A stretch of DNA of 53,395 nucleotides, taken from a virus. Its lineage: Duplodnaviria; Caudoviricetes. Below, piece by piece: positions 17,408-30,200 of the stretch; positions within the stretch are counted from its first letter, which is position 1; the number at the start of each line of letters is the position of its first letter. The notes below the pieces were generated by a model. It was not told the DNA's origin and did not search any database. It saw only the letters and a list, made by a program, of their open reading frames with translations. The position numbers and the translations under genes are program-made. The stretch lies in the IMG/VR virus record IMGVR_UViG_3300009184_000059, positions 1 through 53,395 of that record. One strand, 5' to 3'.

Positions 17408-19551
17408 TATGCGTACCTAAACCTTAGTCTATATGAGTTTAGTAAAGGTGAAACGGAAGAATTGTTAGACGCTCTCCCTAAGTCTGCCCTTACCCTAACT
17501 TTTTGCGTTTGCGATCCCGAAGGCTTCGAATAGCTTAACTTAAAATTATTCGTAGGTTTTTTTCTTGAAATAATCTGGACTTTATCGGATTCTTTGTATA
17601 CACTAAAAAGATTAGCTTTAGGATCCGAGTTATTTAATAGCTGAAATATATCCACATATGCCCAGTTCGCTAGCCTTACCGAACCAAAATCGGTCAAGTC
17701 ATTATCTTGCATTATGCTTATAGATCCCTCATTTGGGTAGGCAGACGTCGTTGCCCTAGGGATTAACGCGGTAACCGCAATATGATTTAAGCCTGGTCGG
17801 AAAGTCCAGGGGATATTAAGCTCGTTAGTTCCAACCGGCATATACCCTATTTCTGCTCCATTTAAGTAAATCTTCAATGCCCAAAGCTGGGAATTAGAAT
17901 CTGTTTTTATAAACTTCTGAATACCAGCGTTCTGTGTTGACTCATAATCTAGGTAAGTCTCCATGTAGACACTCTTGTAGTTTTCCCCAATATCCCCACC
18001 ATTAAAGAATCCGTTAGCGGTGTCTATTCTAGTATTTGTAGTGCTAGATTCTAATGAACCATTAAGGTAATCTTTCCAAAAAGATAGATCTAGAGCATCA
18101 ACATCGTAGGCGGTGTAGTAGATTTTAAGAGAGTTAGACCCTTCCTCTAGCTTAAGGGAGTTTATAATTGGGTCCTCAGAATCAAATGAGCATAGTCTCC
18201 AAACTTCTATTCCGTCTTTTTTAAATGGATTCCTAACCCTTGGGTCAGCACTCGCAGGATCTTCGCTGATAATCGCTAAGTCATCGGTCCCCGTCGTGGG
18301 ACTAGTGCGAATATACTTAGATATACTACTAGAGCCCGAAAAGTTAACGATCATGCCAGGATCAAAAATAGAGTCACTAAATTTTGATATTTTTTTCCAG
18401 TCAAAATCAAAAAGCGTTGGGTTGGACTCGCCAGTATCTAAAGCTACAAAATACTCTATAAATGAACCATCTGGGGTGTCATCGTCCACCTTAAGTGATA
18501 TTGAGTCTAGAACATTCTCCGTAGATAAGTCTTTAGATATCGATATCGGGGTAGTGACAAGCACAGCAGAATCCTCGTACTCTCTGCCAACCATAGTTAT
18601 ATCTTTCGCCCCTATTATATAGTTGTATTTAATAGCGGCGTCTGTTTGGGACATAAAGTCTTGTTTTGTTTTTCTTATAGTGAACCTTAGGAACCTAACC
18701 TCAACCGAAGAGTTAGAAAAAACCATTTTTTCAGTACTCTCCTTAATGCCCTGGCCGAAAGTTCGGAAAGCCCTATCCCCACCTGCGTACTCAACATAGA
18801 CCTGGCAAGGTACTGTGCCGTAGGGGTCGTATTCGACATAAGATAAGAATGGGCTAGACAGCTCTAATTCCAGGGTACAAACAATCTCGGATGGCAAATC
18901 TGAGACTATTTCTGTACTCCAATAAGTATTGGTTAGCCCATCTAGGCAGCCCGCAAATTCTGCTCTTTCTATGCCCGTACTCACCTCTACGCCATTAAGC
19001 TTAAAGGTCTTAGTGACTAATCTGACTGATGTTCCCTGTAGGACTTCAGTCTTGTCGCTATGAATCGGTATGGAAACAGAACCGTTTTTTATGTCTACAA
19101 AAGCCGATGTCAAGGCTAGGTCAACGAAGCTTAAGTTAGGAAATGTGTCTAAAAAACTATAGAAATAGCCATCCGAGTTAGAGTTGGTGAATAGGTATTC
19201 CTCTATCTGGGAATCTATCCTTTTCCTCCGTATACGGAGCTGGTCAAGTCTAGAGTTCATGTAGGTGTTCATATTCATAGATTCCCCGACCTGCTCTGCG
19301 GTAGCCTGATACAGTAAGTCTAGGTTGGCGATAACCTTACTAACCATTTCGTTCATTTCTGCTACAGAGCTAGTCAAGTCATCGGCAAATACCCCGTTCC
19401 TAACCCCTATGGGGCTACCCAACCTGTTGACGGAGAAATACGAAGATAGATCACCCATTACCTGCTCTTCAGTAGGTTTTGCGCCCGAGGCGTAATAATA
19501 CCTGCTTACAGAGTCTACGATTTTTTGGTAGTGTATAGATGATAGGCTCAT
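17407..19551 (-). CDS. virion baseplate/tail structural protein (paralogue family)
   Basis: Coiled-coil N-terminus, discoidin-like LDGLTNTYW, YNYIIGAKDI and C-terminal VRVRADL...SPLLNSYRL. Confidence 0.6.
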   Translation of the reverse strand: MSLSSIHYQKIVDSVSRYYYASGAKPTEEQVMGDLSSYFSVNRLGSPIGVRNGVFADDLTSSVAEMNEMVSKVIANLDLLYQATAEQVGESMNMNTYMNSRLDQLRIRRKRIDSQIEEYLFTNSNSDGYFYSFLDTFPNLSFVDLALTSAFVDIKNGSVSIPIHSDKTEVLQGTSVRLVTKTFKLNGVEVSTGIERAEFAGCLDGLTNTYWSTEIVSDLPSEIVCTLELELSSPFLSYVEYDPYGTVPCQVYVEYAGGDRAFRTFGQGIKESTEKMVFSNSSVEVRFLRFTIRKTKQDFMSQTDAAIKYNYIIGAKDITMVGREYEDSAVLVTTPISISKDLSTENVLDSISLKVDDDTPDGSFIEYFVALDTGESNPTLFDFDWKKISKFSDSIFDPGMIVNFSGSSSISKYIRTSPTTGTDDLAIISEDPASADPRVRNPFKKDGIEVWRLCSFDSEDPIINSLKLEEGSNSLKIYYTAYDVDALDLSFWKDYLNGSLESSTTNTRIDTANGFFNGGDIGENYKSVYMETYLDYESTQNAGIQKFIKTDSNSQLWALKIYLNGAEIGYMPVGTNELNIPWTFRPGLNHIAVTALIPRATTSAYPNEGSISIMQDNDLTDFGSVRLANWAYVDIFQLLNNSDPKANLFSVYKESDKVQIISRKKPTNNFKLSYSKPSGSQTQKVRVRADLGRASNNSSVSPLLNSYRLRFRYA

Positions 19552-21419
19552 TACCTTCTCTTTATCTTAAGTTTGTACCAGCTCACGACTGGTGTTAGGT
19601 GCGGCTTGTTTGAGGGTCTATTAATTTCAATTTTCACACGAACTGAGTTCACTACGCCGTTTACGCTATAGTGCCCGACATTCCCTTCCCTAAACTCGGC
19701 TGGTATCGGATCGTTGAATGACAGTATCTCTGGTACTCCAATATAATCATCCTGGACTCTAGATATCTGATACCAGTTTACGCCATCATTCGGACTAATA
19801 TAGTACCTTACCCATAACTGGGTGGCGGAAAATTCTTCTGGTATATATACACCCGACTCTAGAGAGACCCTATCTATGACCCCGCCAATCTTAAATGGTT
19901 TAGTAATTATTACACCAGACTCAGAATATTTAACGGATCGAGCTGATATGTCTCTAATCCCAATAGCCCATCTTTTTCCGTTGAAAATCTCAACATTTTT
20001 GACCAAACTAGGATTCTGGTCTATAGTCGATCTAGAATCCTGCACTACCGAGAATGATGGGTCGTAAAATTTAGTGGGCTTAGATGTAGACGGTATCCTA
20101 CCCTCAGTCCTTTCCCCACCAATTACTCTCTCTATTATACTGGGGGTGGCAGATGTTGGGTCAAGTACTCTAACGATTCTTCTAGGTTTTCTATACCACA
20201 GATGCCCAATCTTACTATCTATAGGATTTTTCTGCTGAATATGAAAACGGATATATCTAACTGAATCATTTTTTAAGTTCCAAGTCGCAGAACCAGCGAA
20301 GACTTCTTGAGATATTCTGGCGGCAGCAAGGTTGACGTCTGGAGTTATAATTACATTAGTCGGCTGTAAGGTCTCCCATGTATTATTATCTAATGAAACT
20401 TCTACGTAATTAATTGTCACTGGATTGTTTTTATTGTTCTCCAGACCAAATGGACTATAAACTATTTCATTTATTTTCTGAACTGACTTTAGATCAAACT
20501 CCATATCTAGCCTAAGCATATCGCCGTCTGGACCGTTAGCCCAGTCGATATATTCGCCAAAAGCCACTGGATAAACTACCTCTTTGAGGTCTTTAAAATT
20601 ATTCTCATCAGTATTTTGGTACTTGAAATTATAGTTTAAAGCATTAATTCTATCATCTTCCGAAATTAGATTCTTTTCATACTCGAACCATGTTGCTGGT
20701 GAATTATCCGTTATATAAAAAGGATCGGATCTCTCGTCTTCTTCAGCTATAAATCTATATATTTTCTCCCTAGTAACAGGATTGGTGGGTGTCTTGCCGG
20801 TTATTTCCTCTACCTCAACAAGTCGACCAGGAAACCCATTAGACGTTGGTAGTATTTTCACTTTAGCAGCAGTGAGTGGATTTGTTGCGGATACTGTGTT
20901 CTTGGGCAACGTAAATCTACGCTCCGTCTCAAGTAAAGCTCTTAAATTTGGATCAACTTTTTGCTTATCTATAAAATTATCATTTTTGAAATAATCACCA
21001 AATATAGTTACTTCATTATTCTGGGAGCTGGTATACAACTGTAATGATTTCATTTTATTGGATACAGATGCATTCTCGTTTTTAGCTTGCTGTATCTGTA
21101 TTCTCATGTTATTGTGAATAAAAACAGAATTAGCACGCATTAACTCTATTTGATCTTCCAATATATTAATGTCTTTTTCTAAATTAGATATAAATCTGTT
21201 TACCTTATCAGACCTAGCGGGCTCCCCCTTGACAAATGGTTCAAACTCGGTCAAAGGTTTACCTATAACTTCAGAAAATTTTGTCTGCATATCTCTGTAC
21301 CTGGCGTTTACTTCGTCAGCATTGAGGTTGTTGTTCGCCTCAAGCAGGAAGTTTCTCATCTCCATGACCAGCGCAATAGCTTTTGATTCATACTCCGTAG
21401 ACGGGTTTAGCTGTGTCAT
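19551..21419 (-). CDS. virion baseplate/tail structural protein (paralogue family)
   Basis: Discoidin-like VEVSLDNNTW...VRYIRF, AIGIRDI and C-terminal VRVKIEI...TPVVSWYKL. Confidence 0.6.
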   Translation of the reverse strand: MTQLNPSTEYESKAIALVMEMRNFLLEANNNLNADEVNARYRDMQTKFSEVIGKPLTEFEPFVKGEPARSDKVNRFISNLEKDINILEDQIELMRANSVFIHNNMRIQIQQAKNENASVSNKMKSLQLYTSSQNNEVTIFGDYFKNDNFIDKQKVDPNLRALLETERRFTLPKNTVSATNPLTAAKVKILPTSNGFPGRLVEVEEITGKTPTNPVTREKIYRFIAEEDERSDPFYITDNSPATWFEYEKNLISEDDRINALNYNFKYQNTDENNFKDLKEVVYPVAFGEYIDWANGPDGDMLRLDMEFDLKSVQKINEIVYSPFGLENNKNNPVTINYVEVSLDNNTWETLQPTNVIITPDVNLAAARISQEVFAGSATWNLKNDSVRYIRFHIQQKNPIDSKIGHLWYRKPRRIVRVLDPTSATPSIIERVIGGERTEGRIPSTSKPTKFYDPSFSVVQDSRSTIDQNPSLVKNVEIFNGKRWAIGIRDISARSVKYSESGVIITKPFKIGGVIDRVSLESGVYIPEEFSATQLWVRYYISPNDGVNWYQISRVQDDYIGVPEILSFNDPIPAEFREGNVGHYSVNGVVNSVRVKIEINRPSNKPHLTPVVSWYKLKIKRR

Positions 21420-21420
21420 A

Positions 21421-24258
21421 TTAATTCCTTCTAGAATCCGGTTTTCTTGTTTTACTTTTAACCTGATAAAAATCTACTTTTGGACTAACAGCTTCGGAAT
21501 AATTACTTCTTAAAACCACTCTAACCCTTAATGTGCTGGGGAAGTAATTATAAAAAACTCTGAAATTCTTATCAACAGGCTTATTGAAAATGAGGACATT
21601 GCCAGAGTGCAAGAAGGAATAACTCGAACTGGCGAGGTCCAAGGTTACTGTGGTTCCCAGCTTGTAGTCCGTCAAGTTTATTGCCCTGCTGCCATCCTCG
21701 AAAATTACCCCAATAGGGTTATAAGGGGAAAGTCCGACAGAGCTAGAATAGGTTGAATTATCGACCTGCGAGTAATCAACGTAAGGGAAGTATGCCAGTT
21801 GGTACTGTAAATTGTCACTACCGTAAAAAGCTTGACCAGGAGAATCACCATCGTGATATGAAATATATGATCCAACCTTATCGGTATAGTTGTCAAAACT
21901 TACTGTAGAAACATCCTGTGCAGGTACATAGTCACAGGTGAATACGTCAGTTGATGTGTATGAATTTACCGGTATTTTTAGTCCGTAAATTGTATTAGAA
22001 TTTTCACGCTTCAAGTAAAGCGACGATAGGTCTACATTCCCGTACGAATCACCGTTCTTGTATAGGGTAACGTTCTGGTTAGCCGCGCCAAACCTGAATG
22101 AAGATATCCCATTTCCATCTGGGAATAGTCTTTCTCCTATTATTATATCGGCATTAAAAGGCAGGATAGGCTTCCAACTTGACTCATTGTAATACTCTGG
22201 GCTACTAGTGACAGAGTATTCCACTGAGGTAAGAGCTATATTGCTGGAGTTAGTTTCATTTATGTAATCCACGGAGGACTCCTTGAGTTTAACTTCAGAG
22301 ATATCTCCAGATACACCAATTGGTTTACTTACATAAACTGCTCTATTCTTGTAATTTGCCAGCTTAATTCTAACGCTTTTCAAACCTAATATATACCTGT
22401 ACCTGTAAGACTTGTTTGGTTGAAAAAGTATTTCAGAATAAGGCACTGCTGGTAGAGCTAAGTTGTTTCCAGGTGCAGGAACTTTCCCGGGATCTTCTGA
22501 CCTAGAAGGGTCTGGTGCAGGCATAAAGGGGAGTTTATACTTTCGATCAAACTCCACTACGGGCGGAGTTAATCGCCTCTGGCCGGTCACCCATTTGCCT
22601 TCGTCTTCCGACCAATATTTTTCTTCTAAACTGCTTTCCCTATCCAGGACTGGGGACGTAGAGCTATCCAACCAAAAATCCCATTTAGTGGTAGCAGACC
22701 ATGGAGTTGTTCCACCGTAAGAATAAGAAAAAGAGTCATCCAACTCAGGGGGCATAGCTGTACTTGAGACTTCTAGCTCACCTAACCTTGGGTATGGCGC
22801 GCTCCTCATCTCTGGCTCATCTGGCCTAAGGGATATTGGGTTAGACTGAAAATATTTATCTACCAACGGCCTTATAAAGGCCCCTATACCAGTGCTTTGA
22901 GTACCAAAGAAACGACGAACAAAGTCTTGCATATAAGAAGAATTAACGTCCCCAAGAGAAGAGGTGTAACTATCCCTGTCTCGATATACCTCGCTAGACT
23001 CGCCTACCGATGTGCGTTTTTCAATAAACCCAGACTGGCTACTCCAATATGTTGGCAGGCCTTGGCTGAATAGCTCTGAATCTTTTCTACCTAAAGAGTT
23101 TTTTAAGGTTGAGAAAACAATGCCCCAATAAGAAGTTATATCTACAACCTGAGGCATAGTGCCTATCCCTAGCTTAGTGTCGCTAATCGAATCGGCAATC
23201 CTTGAGGTAGTACTTACCTTGTACTCGGCTACGGATTCAGAAACAAGGGCATTACTTACCTGTCTAAGGTATGCTCTCTGGTTTAGGTACAGGTGGAATT
23301 TTTTGAATGATTTCTTTGGAAACATTATGTTAGTAGTTTTTCCTATATAAACAGGAGCAGACATTAATGCTAAACCGACTAGATCGGATTCTGATTCGTA
23401 GCCAACCAGCTGCACTAGGGTGAAACCGTAGTCATCAAACGGATCGACTACCAATGTATCTACCGGACTCTCGTCGTTCATTTCATACTGTACAATGAAC
23501 TGAGCGCCAGGGTACAAGCTATCCCCACCATAAAGACCCCCAAACGCATACAGGGGTTTATCTATTATGATTGGAGAATCTATAACGGCTCTCCAACCGT
23601 TGATGTTTGCGTAGTCTACTGTATTAGAAATGGAATTACTGCTAGAAGGATTAGTTATGAACGCCGCGCAATTACTAGCCCAAATAGAAGCGTTCGCCCC
23701 ATAAGAAACTTCCCTACTAGAAGGGATTACCAATGTTCCTTCGCCGGAGTTAACCGAGGCAACTTCGCTGGAGGAAAAATCCAAACCAGATCTATCGCTC
23801 AAATTTTTGTAGCTAAAATCTACTTCTTCAAAGCTTAAATTATCATTAAAGGTCTCAATAAATGCCGAGTCGTAAGAATTACTGTCAGTTAAAAGAAAGC
23901 TATAGTTGTTTAAAGTCTTCTCTAAAGAATCAAGCTCTTCCTCTAAGCTCTTAATTTCCTGCGACAATATGAAGCTTGTGTTCCCCATAAGAAGAGAAAT
24001 TGCATTAGACGAAGAGAACATGTCGTTATATCTAGAGTAGACCTCGCTAAGCATGTTTGCTATAAGCAAACCAGAAGCTATAGACCCTGCATCTATTAGT
24101 GGGATTACTGTCCCGGCAAACATAGATTTTTCGCTAAGTCTTGTAATTAAATTATTTAGCGTTATTTTGTCCACCTTAGCGGTCTGGAGTAAAGTGCCCG
24201 CCCTAGCAGCTTGACCTGCGCCCCTTAATGATATAATGTCATTCAAAAAATTATTCAT
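21421..24258 (-). CDS. virion baseplate/tail structural protein (paralogue family)
   Basis: YRYILGLKSV, YVSKPI and C-terminal LRVRVVL...SPKVDFYQV. Confidence 0.6.
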   Translation of the reverse strand: MNNFLNDIISLRGAGQAARAGTLLQTAKVDKITLNNLITRLSEKSMFAGTVIPLIDAGSIASGLLIANMLSEVYSRYNDMFSSSNAISLLMGNTSFILSQEIKSLEEELDSLEKTLNNYSFLLTDSNSYDSAFIETFNDNLSFEEVDFSYKNLSDRSGLDFSSSEVASVNSGEGTLVIPSSREVSYGANASIWASNCAAFITNPSSSNSISNTVDYANINGWRAVIDSPIIIDKPLYAFGGLYGGDSLYPGAQFIVQYEMNDESPVDTLVVDPFDDYGFTLVQLVGYESESDLVGLALMSAPVYIGKTTNIMFPKKSFKKFHLYLNQRAYLRQVSNALVSESVAEYKVSTTSRIADSISDTKLGIGTMPQVVDITSYWGIVFSTLKNSLGRKDSELFSQGLPTYWSSQSGFIEKRTSVGESSEVYRDRDSYTSSLGDVNSSYMQDFVRRFFGTQSTGIGAFIRPLVDKYFQSNPISLRPDEPEMRSAPYPRLGELEVSSTAMPPELDDSFSYSYGGTTPWSATTKWDFWLDSSTSPVLDRESSLEEKYWSEDEGKWVTGQRRLTPPVVEFDRKYKLPFMPAPDPSRSEDPGKVPAPGNNLALPAVPYSEILFQPNKSYRYRYILGLKSVRIKLANYKNRAVYVSKPIGVSGDISEVKLKESSVDYINETNSSNIALTSVEYSVTSSPEYYNESSWKPILPFNADIIIGERLFPDGNGISSFRFGAANQNVTLYKNGDSYGNVDLSSLYLKRENSNTIYGLKIPVNSYTSTDVFTCDYVPAQDVSTVSFDNYTDKVGSYISYHDGDSPGQAFYGSDNLQYQLAYFPYVDYSQVDNSTYSSSVGLSPYNPIGVIFEDGSRAINLTDYKLGTTVTLDLASSSYSFLHSGNVLIFNKPVDKNFRVFYNYFPSTLRVRVVLRSNYSEAVSPKVDFYQVKSKTRKPDSRRN

Positions 24259-27200
24259 TCCAAGGACGCCCCTCTAGGTCTTCTATAACAAATTCTACAC
24301 CTGCAGGTATGTTTCTGCGAATTACTTCTTCTACCTGCTTAGTATCTGGAAATGCAGTTTTTAGCATTTTGGGTAGTCGTACTATTACTAGTCCGCCATA
24401 CTGGAAACTTTGACCAGCCCCGAAACCTATATCCCAGTAAGCTTTCGCTTCACTATTTTTATTGAACACCTCAGCGGGCTTTAGCAGGTCTTTTGCCCCT
24501 CCGCCCCTTCTTCTGGTATCTATCATTACTAGGTCTTCGATTTTGGCAGACGCTGTTACGAATATAACACCAATTTGTATAGCTAGCGGGTTGTAAAGCG
24601 GATTATATGGATTGATCACTGAGTTGTCGGGTGTTACATTGATTACTGAACTGCTAATAGACTCCTGTATAATATCCCCATCCTCATTCCTCACATATTG
24701 AGGGATTATGTACACATATACCGGAACCCCTATTAAGTCTTCCCTAGCTTTTAGGTATGGATTTAAATTAATTTTTTCCAAACCAATATTCTTCACCGTG
24801 TAAACCCTGCTAACGGTTGTGTAGTCAACCCTTACAAGATTTTCATCTTCTTCCTGTATTGGGTTTCTTAGGTAAATCAAACCATTCGAAACATTATAGT
24901 CTAAGATGTCGGATTTAGCCACCTCAACCCAAGCGCTTGACGTGCTTTCTCGTGTCCAAACCCTTAACATTGGCCTCTGCGGGTTGGCAAGTGAGGGGAA
25001 CTGGGTTGGCTCCATTACCATCACAATCGGTGCTTGCCTAATTCTAATAATATCCCTTGATATAACCTCTGGCGTTTCCTGCTTAACATCAACATATGGT
25101 CTACCGAATATAGGAGACCAACCCATGTTATTGGCCTCGGCGATTGCGTAGAATGCCTGAAGTGTTTTGCCCTGATATTCCGATAACCAGCCACCAATTG
25201 GCATTACTGAACTGTTAGGAACCTTGACGTTCCTATTGAAAGAGCCTGACCTAACTGGTATACCCCAAGGGTCTGATGCCCCTAGCGTGGAGTCAATACT
25301 CTCTATACCTATCTTAGACTTCCCCCTTAGGGAGGCACCGTAGACGGGCATAGCGTATTTGAATGGCAATTCATTTAGCCCGTCAATTACCTTTGGGTAC
25401 TGCTGCTTGCTTAATACTTCAGCTTCTGATATAACGCCAATGTATATATTTTGTGCGCCCCTCTTTACGTACTCAATATAACTAAGCTTAGATCCACCAT
25501 CTTTGTTGACTATAAACTCTTTTTGTCTTTTATCGTAGAAGCCAATCCGCACGAATGGTGAAGTTACGTAAGACTCAAGTTCCAGCTCCACATAATGCCT
25601 TTGCCTCTCGTTGGGCCCAACAGTGGTCGGGAAAACTGGGATACCTACTGGCCTTCCATCTAAAGTGCACAGCAACTTTATGCCATCAGCTTTACTAATA
25701 AAGCCAGTTTCTACACCAGGGAAGATTCGCCCATTTTCGTTCATGGCGTATATTGGGTTGGCACTGACATCTAACGTTGTAGTGGTGCTGGCGCTACGGC
25801 TAGACATAGTCACTACTTTACCCTCTAGAGGCTTATCTGGGGGACCAGGAAGCCACCTACCCTCAGTATACTTATCTACCGCATTATTGACTACTTCGTC
25901 TGTCCTTAGGTAAAGCTTTCCGTCAGAAGTTATAAACGCCTCAACATTTGGATTGCTACTTTCAAGCCTATACAGACCAGCTTGTAAAGGATTGAAATTT
26001 GGAGATATAGAGGTAGAAACCTCAGATATTGGATCCACACCCCAAACGACATCCGTGAGTGTTCCCGATGCGCCCGTCTCGACATAATTATGATTTAGCT
26101 GTATCGGGCCCATATCGCCAATTAAGGTAAACGTCTTCCTTACAACGCCCTCATAATCTATAACTGCGTTATCCCCAGATACTGTAGTAAAACCTACAAT
26201 ATCTCTACCGTAACCAGTTATGTCTGATATGCCTAACTCAACCTGATTATTGTATTGGGAACCAGCCCTGGAGGTAGAAGTTACACCTACGATTAGCGTA
26301 TTACCTATAGACCTTTGGTCCTGAGGGATCTGTATTGGCAGCGCTTGCCCATTTAATGCGGTTTTATTAATATTCTTAACTAGAGCCCTAGAGGGATCAT
26401 AATTAAACAATAGGTCTTCAGGCTTAATGAAATATGGTTGAGGTAAATGCTTTTGTATTCTCTGGATAGTTGGTGTTCCACCTAGCCAGATGAAGAGTTC
26501 ATCAGTAAACTTCTGGGTAATAGGGCCCCAAAGGCCATCTATAGGCATAGCCCCATCCCATCTTGACTGCCAATCCCTAACGGCCCTCTCTGTTGCTGGA
26601 CCGTAGTAGCCGTCTTCTGTTAGGTGCAGTAATCTTTGGATACTAGTTACATCAGATATAAGGCCCCAGTTACTATCTACTGGAATACCCCATTGGTAAG
26701 CCCTAGTTTCTTTCCACCTGCGCACTGCTGCTGCGGTAGCCGGACCGTAGTCGCCATCAGCGTTTACATTTACCGCTCTTTGAATCATTTTGACAAATGC
26801 TATCCTATTATTGGCGCTAAAAAAATTAATAATAGCATACCCTGGATCTGGTGTCTTAGTTATCCCAGTCCAATATCTGTAGTCCCAGGTCGTTTGCTTT
26901 ACATTATTCGTCGCCCAAATTTCAGGATTTTGTCCCCAAAGCACTCTCTGCGAATCGGGGATCCAACCAGAGCCGCCACCAGGTCGCTCTTCTACCTGAT
27001 AGTATTGCCATGCCTTATTGAGCATGTCACCTGTAAACCTAGTTGTATCTATCCTGGTTAACTGGATATCGACAAAATCAATCTTAACATTTGAGCCCAA
27101 ACCAAGAAGATATGGTGTTATAGAAATATACTCAAAGGCAAAAGTCTTGGGGTATTGAACAAGGAATACGTCAGATATGCGATCTAAATTCCTTCTCGAA

Positions 27201-30200
27201 TCAGACATTTCCGAATAGTTATATAAGAAAGACGAATCAGAAACACTCCTCAAATCCATGTATTTGTCTGGCGACGAGGTATACTTTAGGTGGTTGTAGG
27301 GATTAGTCTCAAATGCTCCTGAAGTATTTGTATTTTGGTTTACTTCAGTCGTGAGCCCCCAGAATTGGATCTGGCTCCCCAGTATCGCAAAAAACTCCGA
27401 GTCGGCAATCCCGTCCTGATACCTTGCGCCAGCTAATTGTTTGAATTGAGCTACAGCTTCATATGTCCTATTGTCATAAACTCCGGTCTGGGGTATAGTC
27501 CCGGTGACATAACGCAGTGCCCAGGCAGAGGCCTCCACGTAACCCTGGTTGGGCGTCATTCCAGCTGGAGTAGGTCCATTTACCCCTTTAGACAAGAAGG
27601 AGGACACGATGGAGCTTAATCGCCCTAAAGCATATTGAATAAATCTAACAACCTCCCCGCTGCTTCCCGTAGTGTAGTTGCCCGCTATACCCGCGAAAGG
27701 GTAAGCGGTTGTCTTAGACATAAGCAGTTCGTTTCTGCTTAAAATAGCGTTGGGCCTTGGCGCACCCCAACCCTTGTTGAACCTATTAAAAGATATTTGA
27801 TTAGAACCATGCTCTGTCCATGTCCTTGGTAAGCGAACATGACTATAAACCTGGCCGCTAGGGAGTATTTCCTTACCTCTGTACCTCGCCAATATTGTTG
27901 TTGTCTGCCTTGTGCTAGACTGGACTGTATCTCTAGAGCTAGCTTTAACTTTCACTGCAAACTTATTAGATGGGTATGACCTATCTATGTATTGGCCAGC
28001 GCCATACTCTGCGCTTATGGGGTCATCCTTGATAATATGGGGACCAAAACCCTCAGGTATTATAAACAGGGGAGAAAAACTTTCCGTCCATGCGTACGGG
28101 TACATGTCTCCCGACAATGTCGTTGGGGTAATGACATTTTCGTTGGTAACTTCAAGAGTATACTGCCTCTGATTCCCGCTAATACCCCTCAGGAAATCGG
28201 CGCCCATCTCTTTCACTATCTGTTCATCTACTAATTCTTTAAGCGTTTTAAAAATTGGAGACTTAGATGAACTAAGTCCATAGGCTAATTTTCTCCTCCA
28301 GGCGAACTGGTTTATAGTAGAAACATCTTTAGGCTCATAGTTAAAAGAATATTGCAGCTTTTCCTTTTCCTTTAATACGGTTCCATTTATAACCCAAGAA
28401 GGTAACCACTCGGTCTCAAAAGACCAGGAAGAAACATACCCAGATTGATCGCTCGAATCTAATGGTCTAGATTTGATTGTTGATAATATAAAGTTCCAAC
28501 CAAACTTATAAGAACCCTCGAACCTAGCAGCATTTATTTGGTTAAAATAGTTAGGAATCTGCAGCCTTCTTGGCGCAATGTTGGAAGAGTCTTCAAGTTT
28601 TCCGCACTCAGTTATTATCCCCTGGGTATCTACTATTATAGAACCACCAGAACCAAATCTTTTTATAACGGTAGTAGCATATTTTGTAGCAGAAGAAGAA
28701 TCTTTTACCGTAAATAGAGTCTTCCAATATTCTTTATCGTCCGCAGTAGGGGTTGCGTCAGTATTGGTGTGGATAATACTTACGTAACTTCTAGCTGAGG
28801 AATACAAGGCATTTGGATGTCCAATAAAAGGTGAAACAGAATTAAATTCATCCTGAGAAAAATCCCATCCACCATACGGATTAAGTCCGTTAAATATGGT
28901 GTCGGTCGCATTTGATACTGTTATAGTATCGCCAAGCCCATACTTGGAATCTAACGCAACATTAGAAGAGGAACCCTTGTTCAAGCTACCCGTAAAGGGG
29001 TGAACTGGGAGGGAAATGCCAAGACCAAAACTGTTTGCGGAAGACATATGCTCTGCTTTTACGTATAAAGCCCCACCAAAGTCTCTTGTAAACCTCATTA
29101 GTTTTGGCATATAGCTAGATATATCGCTAGGGAATCCTGTGAGGTCTAGTAGGAGGATATCAAACCTACGAAGATTATCTTCGCTTACCGCATCTATATC
29201 TAACACCCAATAAGCAGCGTACTCCTTGGCTTCCTCGCCGGAAACAGACTTGAGCGGGGCATTCACATTACCATTCCACTGGAATGAAGAGTTGTTATAA
29301 ATTGTGTTGCCATCACTTGGGTTTTGTACTGCTGGGTCTACATCCTCTACAATAGTATAACCCCTATCTTCCGATAGTGGATTTACTATTTTGACCCCTG
29401 ACGGATTGTATGCTGATTTCTCCATATTAAAGAAAACGTAGGGGTACTGCGTTGGTGGTTTCAGGTAATTGTAGTTTACGCTACCGGAAGAGAGATCTGT
29501 AGTCGTCCTACTTGGATAATTGTAGGTAAGTATGCCTGCCCTTATAACCTTCTGGGATTTTGTAGGATCAACCGTATATCTTTCCTCGAAGTCGGCTTTT
29601 ACCCTCCACCTGAATGTCTGGAATAACCTTGGGTCTTCTATCCCTTTCTTGGGAACAAAAACCTTATAGCCCTCCATGCCAGACCTCGGAACCCCAATTA
29701 TTTGCTCTTTTTGCGTACTTGATTTTGTAGTAAAAATTTTTTCATTTTCATTAGCACTATCAGCTACGTCGGACTCTTCGGGTACATACTTGAAGAATGG
29801 TTGCGGATTAAGTATTTCTCTGTAATTAATATTCTGATTTTTTATAGTGGAACCGTCAGAAGATAATTCAGCCTTATTGTACCTTAGGTAGAGAGATTCG
29901 TCGGAGTCTACATCTACATAAGCCCAGACCCTGTATACTCCAATAGTCCTGTTCTCGGACTCTACGTGCTGATCGGACTGTATAAGTTTAATTTTATATT
30001 TCTTATTTCCATTTAAATCTAAATACTCTTTACCATCTTCATCTTCAACCCTTATCTTGCTGCGCACTATAGTTAATGGCTGATTACTGGTTGCTAGATC
30101 TTCTTGGTCTAAATGAAAATATCGACTAACATGCCGAAAAGGCAAAATGTGACTATTTAGAAATTCATTCTCGTCGGTGATCTCATAGTTTTCTTCTACC

